Below, piece by piece: positions 8,008 to 17,300 of a stretch of 28,332 bases of DNA. Location of the stretch: assembly GCA_043801585.1 (NCBI GenBank), contig JAZDLX010000142.1:1-28332 (forward strand), in the 5' to 3' direction. A program made the translations under genes and the position numbers. This stretch comes from a bacterium. Lineage in GTDB: Bacteria; Electryoneota; Electryoneia; Electryoneales; Electryoneaceae. How positions within the stretch are numbered: position 1 is the stretch's first letter; each line of letters begins with the position of its first letter. Under the pieces are notes generated by a model. It did no database searches. It saw only the letters and a program-made list of their open reading frames with translations, and was not told the origin of the DNA.

Positions 8008-9453
8008 TTATTCCTGGAACAGTTCACTCTCGATAACCTGATAGGTGGTCCCTTTTTTCTCCCCGAATTTCCGTATCATTCCGGCCTCGACAAGCCGGTG
8101 GACATAAGCACGCGCTGTTGACGAAGCAATATTCAGGTCTTCGGCAAGTTCATGAGTTCTGAACCGCCTGCCAATCGTATACCGCAGAAATTGGACAAAG
8201 ACCTCCGGATTTCCCTTGCTGACATGAACACCAAGTCGTTCAAGCCGCTCAAGGACGAGTTCCATGGTCGTATCCTTAGCCGAGAAAACCGAGCTTACGG
8301 GAGAGCGATCAAAATCAAGATGTTCCTTTCCGATACGATCCTTGGCCTGCAGCAACCCCGTTTCCAGAATGTTCCGCAGTTCACGGATATTTCCGGGCCA
8401 ACTATGCCTTTCGAGTTTTCGAATTGCATCCTTTTCAAGTCGTGGTGTCATGACCTGATGCTTGTCAGCCAACTGAACGAGGATGTTCTGCGCAAGCAGG
8501 GCGATATCGTCCTTTCGCTGCCGCAGCGGCGGGAGGTCCACCTGGAAAACGGCAATCCGATAGAGGAGGTCCTGACGGAAGCTGCCCTCGATGTGAACCT
8601 GTTCCAGGGGGCGGGTGGTCGTGATCATCAGTCGCGGGAACACCCCTTCGCTCCCTTTCTGTGCACGTTCCTTTTCGATTGATTCAATTCCTTCGAGCAC
8701 AAGGGATTGCAGTTTTGCAGGCAACGTTCCGATTTCTTCGAGCAGCAGTGTTCCCTGGAATTTGAATAGCGACAAAGGGGACGGGGTTTCTACCGCGATA
8801 CCCGCTTCGTTGAACAGCTTCACAACTTCCTGATCAATCGTTTGCGCGGTCACACGTTCACAATGCAATGTGAGCAATGGCTGATTGCGGCGGGGTCCAG
8901 CCCAGTGCACAATCTCCGCATTGAAGGATTTCCCGGTTCCCGTCTCACCGACGAAAAGGGTGGTCACCTCCTCGGCGGCGGCAGCACGGATTTTCTGCAT
9001 CACGTCACGCCACGCGAAAGAGGTTCCCTGCAAAGCCTTTAATGCATCCTCGTTGGGGATTCGTTGCGCCTTCTCGGAAGGGTAAAGATATCCCCGCTCG
9101 CGGAGCAGCACATCGGCGAAAATTTTTTCCCAATCAACATCCGGAAACTCTTCTTTCGCCTTGTAGAGAAATCCTGACTCCCTCATGGCACTGTGTCCCG
9201 CTGCTAAAGTTGACCAGGAATGCGTAACGCTCTCCCCGTCGAGGGCAGCCTGGACGACTTCAGAGATAGCATGCAGTAATCGAACGTCTTCCAAAACATC
9301 ATCGGGTGGAGCGGTTGATTCGCGGGTTGAGTGTGTCCACCAGGCTATCGCTGAATCAAGCCTGAGAAAACAGGTGGGGTACTCCTGACGGAGACGGGAG
9401 GCGACGTAGCGCACCAACCGCACCTTGAGAGGTCCTGGAGATAAAGCTATCAT
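8008..9453 (-). CDS. Atypical NtrC-like AAA+ (sigma54-interaction-domain) regulator lacking GAFTGA, with C-terminal winged HTH
   Basis: Walker A GETGTGKS, Walker B-like TLLLEEIG, FRQDLLYRI, LPPLRQRKDDI and WPGNIRELRN are present. No GAFTGA loop. The C-terminus (ELAEDLNIASSTARAYVHRLVEAGMIRKFG...TTY) is winged-helix-like. Confidence 0.85.
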   Translation of the reverse strand: MIALSPGPLKVRLVRYVASRLRQEYPTCFLRLDSAIAWWTHSTRESTAPPDDVLEDVRLLHAISEVVQAALDGESVTHSWSTLAAGHSAMRESGFLYKAKEEFPDVDWEKIFADVLLRERGYLYPSEKAQRIPNEDALKALQGTSFAWRDVMQKIRAAAAEEVTTLFVGETGTGKSFNAEIVHWAGPRRNQPLLTLHCERVTAQTIDQEVVKLFNEAGIAVETPSPLSLFKFQGTLLLEEIGTLPAKLQSLVLEGIESIEKERAQKGSEGVFPRLMITTTRPLEQVHIEGSFRQDLLYRIAVFQVDLPPLRQRKDDIALLAQNILVQLADKHQVMTPRLEKDAIRKLERHSWPGNIRELRNILETGLLQAKDRIGKEHLDFDRSPVSSVFSAKDTTMELVLERLERLGVHVSKGNPEVFVQFLRYTIGRRFRTHELAEDLNIASSTARAYVHRLVEAGMIRKFGEKKGTTYQVIESELFQE

Positions 9454-9468
9454 CGTTGGTTTTTACGC

Positions 9469-10446
9469 TTAATTCCAGTCCGTTTCAAGTCTATTGCGGC
9501 CACCGTTCTTCGCCTTGTAGAGAAGGTCGTCTGCCGCTTTCAGCAATTCACGCGGAGAGGAGTAACGATCATCCGGATAGTGGATGGCACCCAAAGATAT
9601 GGTTACCTGCCTCATCTCCTTTGCCTCATCCGCCTCTTCGTAAGTAAACTTGGTGTTCTCAACTTGCTCCCGTAAACGTTCACCCACGAGTTGGATTCCT
9701 GCTCGTGAGGTGGCTGGAAGGAGCATTACAAATTCCTCTCCCCCATACCGAGCGGCGAGATCGACTCGCCTGATGGCATCCATCATCATCTGACCCAAGC
9801 TACGGAGAACTTGATCGCCGACCAAGTGTCCGTAAACATCATTTACACCTTTGAAGTGGTCAATGTCAATAATAATCAACCCAAGATCGGAGCGATAGCG
9901 CCGTGAGCGCTCAAACTCCGTTCGGAACACATCGTCAAAATAGGCCCGTGTGAACACCCGGGTCAGCGGATCGGTGATCACCCTGCCCCACAATTCACGG
10001 TTGCGCTCGAGCAGTGATTCCTTGAGTTTCTCAAGCTGTCTGACGCGAAGAGCTTTGCTGACCCGAAAGGTGAATTCTTCTACGCGGAAGGGGAGATAGA
10101 TGCAATCGTCCGCCCCCAATTCCAGCGTGCGTGGTCCGATGTCGCCGCCGAATCCCGTCGCCATGATGACAGGCAGGTTGGGATACGTTTTTCGAATTTC
10201 CTCAAGCAAGCTGATACCATCCATATTTGGCATACTGATATCGGAGATGATCAGGTCGTAGGAGGATTCCTCAAGCATTTTCAGGGCTTCGACGCCATTT
10301 CCCGCCTCGTCGACCTCGTAATTGTCCTTCCCTTTGAGCACATCGCACATCAATTGCCGAGTTGCTGCGTTATCATCCACGATCAACAGCCGTGATGGTC
10401 CCAAAGACTTTAAACTACCCTCTGGGACTTCGTTTAGATGGTGCAT
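9469..10446 (-). CDS. Response-regulator diguanylate cyclase (REC-GGDEF, WspR-like architecture)
   Basis: REC: LLIVDD, DLIISDISMP..DG, MATG. GGDEF: DPLT, DIDHFK.VND.YGH..GD, RRVD (RxxD I-site), RYGGEEF, LY.AK.GGRNR. ATG 10446 follows GAGGAG; the ORF extends to 10464. Confidence 0.95.
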   Translation of the reverse strand: MHHLNEVPEGSLKSLGPSRLLIVDDNAATRQLMCDVLKGKDNYEVDEAGNGVEALKMLEESSYDLIISDISMPNMDGISLLEEIRKTYPNLPVIMATGFGGDIGPRTLELGADDCIYLPFRVEEFTFRVSKALRVRQLEKLKESLLERNRELWGRVITDPLTRVFTRAYFDDVFRTEFERSRRYRSDLGLIIIDIDHFKGVNDVYGHLVGDQVLRSLGQMMMDAIRRVDLAARYGGEEFVMLLPATSRAGIQLVGERLREQVENTKFTYEEADEAKEMRQVTISLGAIHYPDDRYSSPRELLKAADDLLYKAKNGGRNRLETDWN

Positions 10447-11140
10447 CCGCTTGCTCCTCTCCACCTAATCTTTCTCGAATCTTTCCCGCTTCACGATGTG
10501 CGCAACGTACAGGTTCAGGCAGTCGATAGGATCGGGCTGTCCGAAGGATCCACGCTTCCGCATCTGCCAGACCAATTCCAGTCCCCACAGACACCCAGAC
10601 CGGCGAAACGGAGACTCTGGTGCGAACGACCGTGCCGATCCGTTCGTTGCCGTGATAAAGAGCTGAACGTGCTCCCCGTTCCGGGCCGGGATCATCCGCA
10701 ATGCCAATCAAACGGCTCTTTGCGCATCCAATTGTGGTCCAGCCGGTGACAAGCCCGAGATGGCTGGCCAGACCCAACCTGCGCGGATGTGCAATACCCT
10801 GACCATCCACAATCGCCAAATCAACCGATTTCTGACATTGTGAGGATGCTCGTAAAAGAACGGGGATTTCTCGAAAGGAAAGATAACCGGGAACATAGGG
10901 GAAAGTCACGTCATCCATCGCGGAAACAATTTCTTCCAGCTCCAAACCCGGCCAGGAGAGGAGACAGATGACACCAATCATTTTCATGCCATCGCGGGTA
11001 ATCGAAGCGTCAACTCCCGCAATTCTGTGTACCTGTTTTTCGGGTATTTCACCCTTTGTAACCACCTTGCTGCGCAGGTGCTCCTGGATTACCCGGGCTT
11101 CCTCTATAGTTTTCGGATTTGCCCAGGGGATTGCTTTCAT
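10415..11140 (-). CDS. nfi: Endonuclease V (deoxyinosine 3'-endonuclease)
   Basis: IAGVDAS, FPYVPGYLSFREIP, VDGQGIAHPRRLGLASHLG, TIGCAKSRL, P.WVS.G, YRLPEP.R.AH. ATG at 11140 overlaps the upstream stop (ATGA). Confidence 0.96.
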   Translation of the reverse strand: MKAIPWANPKTIEEARVIQEHLRSKVVTKGEIPEKQVHRIAGVDASITRDGMKMIGVICLLSWPGLELEEIVSAMDDVTFPYVPGYLSFREIPVLLRASSQCQKSVDLAIVDGQGIAHPRRLGLASHLGLVTGWTTIGCAKSRLIGIADDPGPERGARSALYHGNERIGTVVRTRVSVSPVWVSVGTGIGLADAEAWILRTARSYRLPEPVRCAHREAGKIRERLGGEEQADAPSKRSPRG

Positions 11141-12030
11141 CCTTGTTCCGCCCGTGAAGCCAGCACAGAATTCGACAAAACGCCGATTGCACTGCAACTC
11201 ACCTCCACGTGATCCCCGGGCATCAGTGGCCCCACTCCGGCGGGTGTGCCAGTGGCGATCAGGTCACCGGCACGAAGGCCAAAGGTTCGCGCCAGGTAGT
11301 CGAGAAGGATGGGCAGGGGAAAGATCCAAAGGTCCGTTCCTCCGGACTGGCGCAGTTTCCCGTTTACATGGGTTTGCACTTTTAAATCTTTGAATCGGAA
11401 GTGATCGTCAAGGCGGCGCACTGCAGGGCCGCACGGGCCGAAGCTCATTTGTCCCTTTGCCACGAGCCAGGGTTTTCCGCCGGCCTTCAATTCGTTCTGG
11501 CGGACTCGATCAGTGACATCGTTCATCAGAGTCACGCCAAAAACCGCCTCTCTCGCCGCTGCCGGTTTTACAGACCCAACCAGGTCTTTTCCCATCACCA
11601 GAACGATTTCACCTTCATGGTGAACCTGCTCGGAACCTACAGGAAGGACGATCGGCTGCCCGGAAGCGATCAGGCAATTCCTCGGTTTCATGAATATGAT
11701 GGGTTCACCGGGGATTTCGTTGCCCAATTCACGGGCATGTTCTGCGTAATTCCGTCCGATACAGAAGACATCCCCCGTGCGGATAGGAACATCAGGCTGG
11801 ACCTCGGCTTCAAACGATTCTCCGTCCTTAAAGGCGGCTTCAAGTCGATCGGCAAGCGCCCATGGATCCGGCGAAGAAAGCAGGCTGCCAAGCGAAGGCG
11901 GACCACCGGGAGCTGCACCCTGCTCGGCGAGTTTACTCCAGACGGTATTCATCCCCCGAAGCTGGCCGTCGTCGTCGATCAATGCCAACATGGGCGCCTG
12001 GTTCGCTTGTGCAATCATCTGGTAACGCAT
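11137..12030 (-). CDS. Fumarylacetoacetate hydrolase (FAH) family protein
   Basis: CIGRNYAEHA.E, P.IFMKP, HHEGE, NDVT.R, W..AKG, GD.IATGTPAGVG. Confidence 0.95.
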   Translation of the reverse strand: MRYQMIAQANQAPMLALIDDDGQLRGMNTVWSKLAEQGAAPGGPPSLGSLLSSPDPWALADRLEAAFKDGESFEAEVQPDVPIRTGDVFCIGRNYAEHARELGNEIPGEPIIFMKPRNCLIASGQPIVLPVGSEQVHHEGEIVLVMGKDLVGSVKPAAAREAVFGVTLMNDVTDRVRQNELKAGGKPWLVAKGQMSFGPCGPAVRRLDDHFRFKDLKVQTHVNGKLRQSGGTDLWIFPLPILLDYLARTFGLRAGDLIATGTPAGVGPLMPGDHVEVSCSAIGVLSNSVLASRAEQG

Positions 12031-12054
12031 CCTGACTCCAGCAATCGAAGGTGT

Positions 12055-12615
12055 TCAGGTAGTGGGGCTGTCTTCAGGTTCGAGGAAGTATAAGGCCGTA
12101 TCTCCGATTTCATGTCTTTGCTGCAATATCCATCCTTCGGGTGCCGGCAGGGCGGAACGGGATGATCCCTCAAACACAACCAACCCATTCGGCGAGAGGC
12201 AGTTCCCCTGTCTCAGCAACCCCATCACCGTGGAAAAATCGGAGTCCGTGTAGGGTGGATCGGCGAAAACAAGATCAAAGCGACCCATCAGGCGGTCCGG
12301 ATGTTGCAACAGCTTCATCACATCCCCGGCGATCAGCTCGCCACGATTCTGAAAACCGCACCGTTTCAGGTTTTCTCGAATGACTTGTTGCGACCGCCGA
12401 TCGTTTTCAATAAACACCACGGAGTCCGCCCCGCGGGCCACTGCTTCGATGCCGAGTGCGCCGCTTCCTGCGTACAGGTCCAGCACTCTGGCGCCAGGCA
12501 ATCGCGATGCAATCCTGTTGAACAGGGAATCCTTGACTCGTCCGGATGTGGGGCGAACCCCATCAGGTGGATCGGCGAGGCGTCTACCCTTCCCCTCGCC
12601 GCCTGTAAGCCTCAT
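12055..12615 (-). CDS. rsmD: 16S rRNA m2G966 methyltransferase RsmD
   Basis: MRL.GG..KGRRL, RPTS.RVK.SLFN, LDLYAGSGALGIEA..RGA, FADPPY. Confidence 0.95.
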   Translation of the reverse strand: MRLTGGEGKGRRLADPPDGVRPTSGRVKDSLFNRIASRLPGARVLDLYAGSGALGIEAVARGADSVVFIENDRRSQQVIRENLKRCGFQNRGELIAGDVMKLLQHPDRLMGRFDLVFADPPYTDSDFSTVMGLLRQGNCLSPNGLVVFEGSSRSALPAPEGWILQQRHEIGDTALYFLEPEDSPTT

Positions 12616-14282
12616 GGGATGACGACCAGATGGTAGGTATCGCCACGAAGGTGATGGATGGAGAGTCGAAATGGACGGGCATGCTCCTGTTCAAAGGCCT
12701 TGAAGAGCGATGCAAGTCCCGCACGATCTGCAGCCCAGAGCGAAGGTTCCACTTCGCGAAGTCCAAGCCTCTGACCGAGCTCGGCAAACTGCTGAAGCGT
12801 CAGCGAGCGTTCCTCCACCCCCTGCAGATCCATTTCAACGAGTACTCCCGGCGCGAGAAGCGCTGCCGGCTCGACCCGTGAAGCTCCGCCACCGGGGATC
12901 TGGCTGGCGCTGTTCGCCCAGGTATCCACAGCCTCTTCGTCTCCACCGACTTCAAACCGCAGTCCGGGGCCCTGCAGAATCAACGTCTCGATCTCGACAC
13001 CTGCCGCGTCGGCAAGACTGTACAGTTTTTTCAGAGCCAGTCCCGTCGATGGTTTCACCGGGGGAAGCTCTACCGTCTGAAGCGGGACCGTGACAGCGGG
13101 AACTCTTGACCCGGTTCCAGCGACTCTTCCGACAGGTCGTTGTTCCTGAACCTGAGAACGTGAGGCAGGCGGTGGTGTCCGGTCCGTAACCTCCTCTCCC
13201 TGGAGAAGTTGCGTCTCCTCAGCGAGGGGCTGTTCGACAGGAAGCTGTTGCTCCGGGGATGCTGGCGTCTGCTCTACTCCAACAGCAGGTTTCTCTTTCA
13301 CTTCTGCCGGAGTTCCAACAGGTTGAACTTCTGTGGATTTCTTTGCTGTGCGCTCTATGGCGACTGAGCGCACTCTTCCGGCAAGATGCCGGAATTTACG
13401 CAATCCCCGCTTGGCGATCTGTTCGCTTTTCTGTACGATGGCAGCACCACCGGGGATACGGCGGGCGATCCGATCACGCTGCCAGACCGCACCAACCACA
13501 ACAAACAACAGAATCAGAACGACAATTCTGAAGCCTCGCCGTTTTTTACGTCTCCCTATAATTGAACCATCTTTGCCCATGATCGCACCGAGTGCATCAT
13601 CGGCGTCTTCTTCGTTCTCAAACTGGGGATCCAGTGCGCGAACCCTGTCCTGATCCGCGTCAAATTCTCTCAGTTCCTCTTCGAGAATTTCATCCCCCCC
13701 CTCAGAGAGATCAGACTCTTCCCTGAATGCGAATGTGGCTTTGGGGGGTTTCTCATCGGTTCGTGGTACGCTCTTTCTATGCCGATCCGCCCACAGGTGG
13801 TAAAGTGGGAGCAGGTCCGCACTCGCTTCAGTTGCAGGGTCCACCAAACCGGTTTCGAGGGTTATGGATCCCAGGTACACGCCGCTTTCCTGGAAGATCC
13901 TGTCCCAGAATTCAAGCATTTCAGGGCGGATGACCACGGCGTAGACCTGATCGTTTTGGGGATGCCAGGCGTAGATGTGTTCTTCGAGGGGAGAGTCCAG
14001 GCGCTGCTGCAGCTCCCAGGCGACCTGCTCCTCCACTTCATCATCGGGAAGACCCTCAACGTCGAGAAGCCAGGCGGTTCCCCACGGCGGAGAGAGGACG
14101 ACGTCCATTCCACGTTCGCCATTGAGCGATTGCTGGCTGAACCGTCGAACGGACTCACGGATAACTGCCGCTAATTCGGGATGTGTGACAGCAAACGGCG
14201 TGGGTGGAATCTCAAGACCAGAGTCCGCCCGCGCCGCATACTTTCCAGGTCCCTCGCGCTCCTCGAGGGTTAGTCCTTTCAC
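12612..14282 (-). CDS. Bitopic membrane protein with PilM/GspL-like cytoplasmic segment, single TM, Pro/Gln-rich linker and periplasmic domain
   Basis: 556 aa. LPDDEVEEQVAWELQQRLDSPLEE...VYAVVIRPE...IFQESGV.L..I resembles PilM/GspL actin-like subdomains. Acidic linker, RRKKRR then TM (IVVLILLFVVVGAVW). The CDS is likely real because its stop overlaps the rsmD start; the function is tentative. Confidence 0.55.
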   Translation of the reverse strand: MKGLTLEEREGPGKYAARADSGLEIPPTPFAVTHPELAAVIRESVRRFSQQSLNGERGMDVVLSPPWGTAWLLDVEGLPDDEVEEQVAWELQQRLDSPLEEHIYAWHPQNDQVYAVVIRPEMLEFWDRIFQESGVYLGSITLETGLVDPATEASADLLPLYHLWADRHRKSVPRTDEKPPKATFAFREESDLSEGGDEILEEELREFDADQDRVRALDPQFENEEDADDALGAIMGKDGSIIGRRKKRRGFRIVVLILLFVVVGAVWQRDRIARRIPGGAAIVQKSEQIAKRGLRKFRHLAGRVRSVAIERTAKKSTEVQPVGTPAEVKEKPAVGVEQTPASPEQQLPVEQPLAEETQLLQGEEVTDRTPPPASRSQVQEQRPVGRVAGTGSRVPAVTVPLQTVELPPVKPSTGLALKKLYSLADAAGVEIETLILQGPGLRFEVGGDEEAVDTWANSASQIPGGGASRVEPAALLAPGVLVEMDLQGVEERSLTLQQFAELGQRLGLREVEPSLWAADRAGLASLFKAFEQEHARPFRLSIHHLRGDTYHLVVIP

Positions 14283-14336
14283 ATCCCACTTGATGCGGAA
14301 GCGAAAAGGTTTTTCCTTCGTTGTCGCGATAGCCGT

Positions 14337-15605
14337 CTACCTCTTTTCATCCCACGAAAGATCGTTGTTGACAATATCGCCGGGGTATTTCACAGGTCCT
14401 ACACTGAATAGTCTGTCCAGCAAATTCCTGTGACGCAGCGGATGACCGTTTTTGAAAGGAGGCTGAATCGTCACTCCGACGATCTTCTGGTTGCCGATCT
14501 TGAAATCCTGGCTGTAAGTCAGCTGCCCAAGCGTCTGCTGCGTTTTATCCCATTTCGTCCACGCGCGAATCAGACTGTCGTATGTCAATTTAAAAAGTTC
14601 GACCTGAATACGGACATCGTCATTATAATTCGTGATTGAGTCGAGCGGGACCATCAGTTCCTTGGAAGCCTCAACGGCAACCTCCCGTCCCGGGCGAAGC
14701 AGCGTCAACTCCATATCGAAATAATCGTCTTGCAGTTGCAGTTGACTCTCCGCAAGGGTGGAGTCCCGCTGGATGTCCTGTTCAAGACGGGTGCGAGCCT
14801 TGCGTGCAAGTCTGTTCATGAACAGGTTTGTCCGTAACTCGTCGCCCATCACCGAGGGTTCCGGCTGACCATCCCCAACCTTTGTGTAAGTCAGCGTGGC
14901 TTCCAGCGTGATCTTGGCGTTCCTGATCAATTCAAAAGATTTGCCGCTGATCGGGTCGATTCCGAGTTTGTCCAGAGGGAGAAACAGCAGATAATCCTTT
15001 GACGGAACACGCTTGACCTCGAACGGAAGATCAGGGCGAGCCAGTTTACCCGCTGACCAGATAGTCCAGTAAATATCATCCACGCCCTCGTTACGGAACT
15101 TATGATCCACGCCACGTGGGCTCGTCATCGCCATCTTCGACGGTTCGATGATACCATCATAGATCTTCTTCGGCATCAGTTTGAGAATAACTGAATCGGC
15201 TTCCTCGTCCGCTGTTACCGGATTTCCATTCTTGTAACCATCCACCTCTATCCGGTCGTAATGGTAAAGGTCTGTAAAACCGACCAAAAAGCTGTCATAT
15301 GGGGCATCGTACAGGGAAAGCTGTTCGAATTCGAACTGACCGCGTTGCACATCAATTGAATCCGTCTGCATGAAGGTGATGAGAGTATCAAGGTTTTCCG
15401 AATACTGACTGGTCACTTGGAAATAACGCTGTTCGATGTAATTCAGATTCTCCATGTCATCCCGGCTGCTCTGAATCAGCGCTTCATGCCGTTTCCAGAG
15501 GTGTCCAGGGTAGAGGACACTGGTCACCAGGATAATCACGAGCGCGGCGATGATGGCCTTGGTATACCAGATCCCTTTGGCTTCCAACCGATGCGGGTAC
15601 GTCAT
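14337..15605 (-). CDS. N-terminally anchored extracytoplasmic hypothetical protein, pilin-like N-terminal helix
   Basis: 422 aa. TM (AIIAALVIILVTSVLYP) followed by SRDDMENLNYIEQRYFQVTSQYSENLDTL, a pilin-like helical pattern. GGGAG RBS. Function tentative. Confidence 0.55.
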   Translation of the reverse strand: MTYPHRLEAKGIWYTKAIIAALVIILVTSVLYPGHLWKRHEALIQSSRDDMENLNYIEQRYFQVTSQYSENLDTLITFMQTDSIDVQRGQFEFEQLSLYDAPYDSFLVGFTDLYHYDRIEVDGYKNGNPVTADEEADSVILKLMPKKIYDGIIEPSKMAMTSPRGVDHKFRNEGVDDIYWTIWSAGKLARPDLPFEVKRVPSKDYLLFLPLDKLGIDPISGKSFELIRNAKITLEATLTYTKVGDGQPEPSVMGDELRTNLFMNRLARKARTRLEQDIQRDSTLAESQLQLQDDYFDMELTLLRPGREVAVEASKELMVPLDSITNYNDDVRIQVELFKLTYDSLIRAWTKWDKTQQTLGQLTYSQDFKIGNQKIVGVTIQPPFKNGHPLRHRNLLDRLFSVGPVKYPGDIVNNDLSWDEKR

Positions 15606-15625
15606 CAGAAATCTCCCTTGAAGAA

Positions 15626-16144
15626 CTAAGGCGTAACCGTAACCAGCGGCGAGATCCGCCGGAAGGTCTTATCGCCGATGCCCTTGACAAGCTTCAGGTC
15701 TTCCAGACGTTGAAAGGAACCGTGTATGCGCCGCCATTCAACGATGCGTTCCGCCATTACCGGTCCAATGCCCGGCAACGATTCCAATTCCTCAATACTC
15801 GCCTGGTTAATATCCACTTTATGCGGCAGTGCGGAAGTGGATGCTTTCCCCGTTTCCACACCCGTTCCGCCGCCAACATCCTCCGGCGTCGAAATTACGC
15901 CTTCAGACCCCTGAATTGCCACACTCGTCGAGGCATTCGGAATTTCAGACGAACCCGTCTGAGACGTATCCGGGACAAGTTGTTGAAGCCCCTCGACACG
16001 AACGACAGAAGTGTCCCGATCCATGTAACGACGAATCTGCCCAGCCAGTAAGCCCAGAAGAAGCAATGCGGCAAGTGTCAGCAGCGCCCTGCGTTCGCCG
16101 GGCGAGAGCGCAATCCTGCTCTTCTCACTGCTCTTGAAGGCCAT
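15626..16144 (-). CDS. comEA: ComEA-family helix-hairpin-helix DNA-binding protein
   Basis: N-terminal TM, low-complexity linker, then KVDINQAS.EELESLPGIGPVMAERIVEWR...G.F...EDL..VKGIG.KT. Confidence 0.9.
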   Translation of the reverse strand: MAFKSSEKSRIALSPGERRALLTLAALLLLGLLAGQIRRYMDRDTSVVRVEGLQQLVPDTSQTGSSEIPNASTSVAIQGSEGVISTPEDVGGGTGVETGKASTSALPHKVDINQASIEELESLPGIGPVMAERIVEWRRIHGSFQRLEDLKLVKGIGDKTFRRISPLVTVTP

Positions 16145-16153
16145 TTTCCAGCC

Positions 16154-17299
16154 TTAGTCTGAACCGAGGAAGGCATCGCGCACCTTCGCGAAAAAGCCCT
16201 TCCCTTCCCGTATTGGAGGAGATATGCCGTCCTTGTCACGGAGTTTTTCGAACAGTTCCTGCGCCTCAGCACTCGGTTTTTCCGGAATATAAACGGAGAT
16301 ACGAACAAGTTGATCGCCACGTCCATGATTGTTCAGATGCTTGATCCCCTTATTGCGCATTCGGAGCACCTTCCCGGACTGGATCCCCGCTGGGATCTCA
16401 AGCATCGCCCTGCCGCTCAGGGTCGGGACTTCAACCTCCGTACCCAGCACCGCCTCGGGCACGCTGATCGACAAACTGTACAGGATGTCATCCTTGTGAC
16501 GATCAAAAAGCTTGTGATCTTTCTGTTCGAAGACGACGACCAGGTCGCCCGCGGGCCCTGACCAGGGTCCGGCGTGCCCCTCGCCGCGCAGGGTCATGTA
16601 ATTTCCGTCATCGACACCGGCGGGAACCTCGATTTCGACCGTCGCCTGGTTACGAACCCGCCCTTCGCCGCCGCAATGGTTGCAGGGGTTCTGAATCAGT
16701 GTGCCGCGACCCTGGCAGGCGGGACAGGTTGTAACGTTGACCATCTGACCGAGGAACGAACGTGTCACCTGCCGCACTTCTCCAACTCCCTTGCAGGTCG
16801 GACAGGTTGCTGGTGAAGCGCCGTCCTTTGTTCCCTCGCCGTGGCATACTCCGCAGGTTTCATAACGTTGCACACGGATTTTTTTCTTCACGCCTTCGGT
16901 GATCTCTTCGAGGGTGACGGCGAGGTTGATCTGGAGATCGCGGCCCCGGTAGGTCTTCGGGCCACGACTCTGCCCCCCACCTCCACCGAAAATGTCCCCA
17001 AAGCCGAATCCGCCCATGAAACTGCGGAAGATCTCGAAGGGGTCGATGTCCATGCCGTTGCCGAACCCACCGGCGCTGGCACTCGCATAGCCGAATCGAT
17101 CATACCGATTCCGCTTCTCCGAATCCGACAGGACCGAGTAGGCCTCACTCAATTCCTTGAATTTCTCCGCCGCCTCGGGGTTGTCCGGATTTCGATCCGG
17201 GTGGTACTCCATCGCCAGCTTGCGGTATGCCTTCTTGACCGCGTCACCATCCGCTCCCCGATCAATGCCGAGAATTTCGTAGTAATCACGCTTTGCCAC
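16154..17299 (-). CDS. dnaJ: Chaperone DnaJ
   Basis: J-domain ([11 protein letters not shown]), G/F region, four CxxCxGxG repeats. GTG at 17299 preferred (GGAGAG upstream, just after the grpE stop). Confidence 0.98.
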   Translation of the reverse strand: MAKRDYYEILGIDRGADGDAVKKAYRKLAMEYHPDRNPDNPEAAEKFKELSEAYSVLSDSEKRNRYDRFGYASASAGGFGNGMDIDPFEIFRSFMGGFGFGDIFGGGGGQSRGPKTYRGRDLQINLAVTLEEITEGVKKKIRVQRYETCGVCHGEGTKDGASPATCPTCKGVGEVRQVTRSFLGQMVNVTTCPACQGRGTLIQNPCNHCGGEGRVRNQATVEIEVPAGVDDGNYMTLRGEGHAGPWSGPAGDLVVVFEQKDHKLFDRHKDDILYSLSISVPEAVLGTEVEVPTLSGRAMLEIPAGIQSGKVLRMRNKGIKHLNNHGRGDQLVRISVYIPEKPSAEAQELFEKLRDKDGISPPIREGKGFFAKVRDAFLGSD

Positions 17300-17300
17300 T

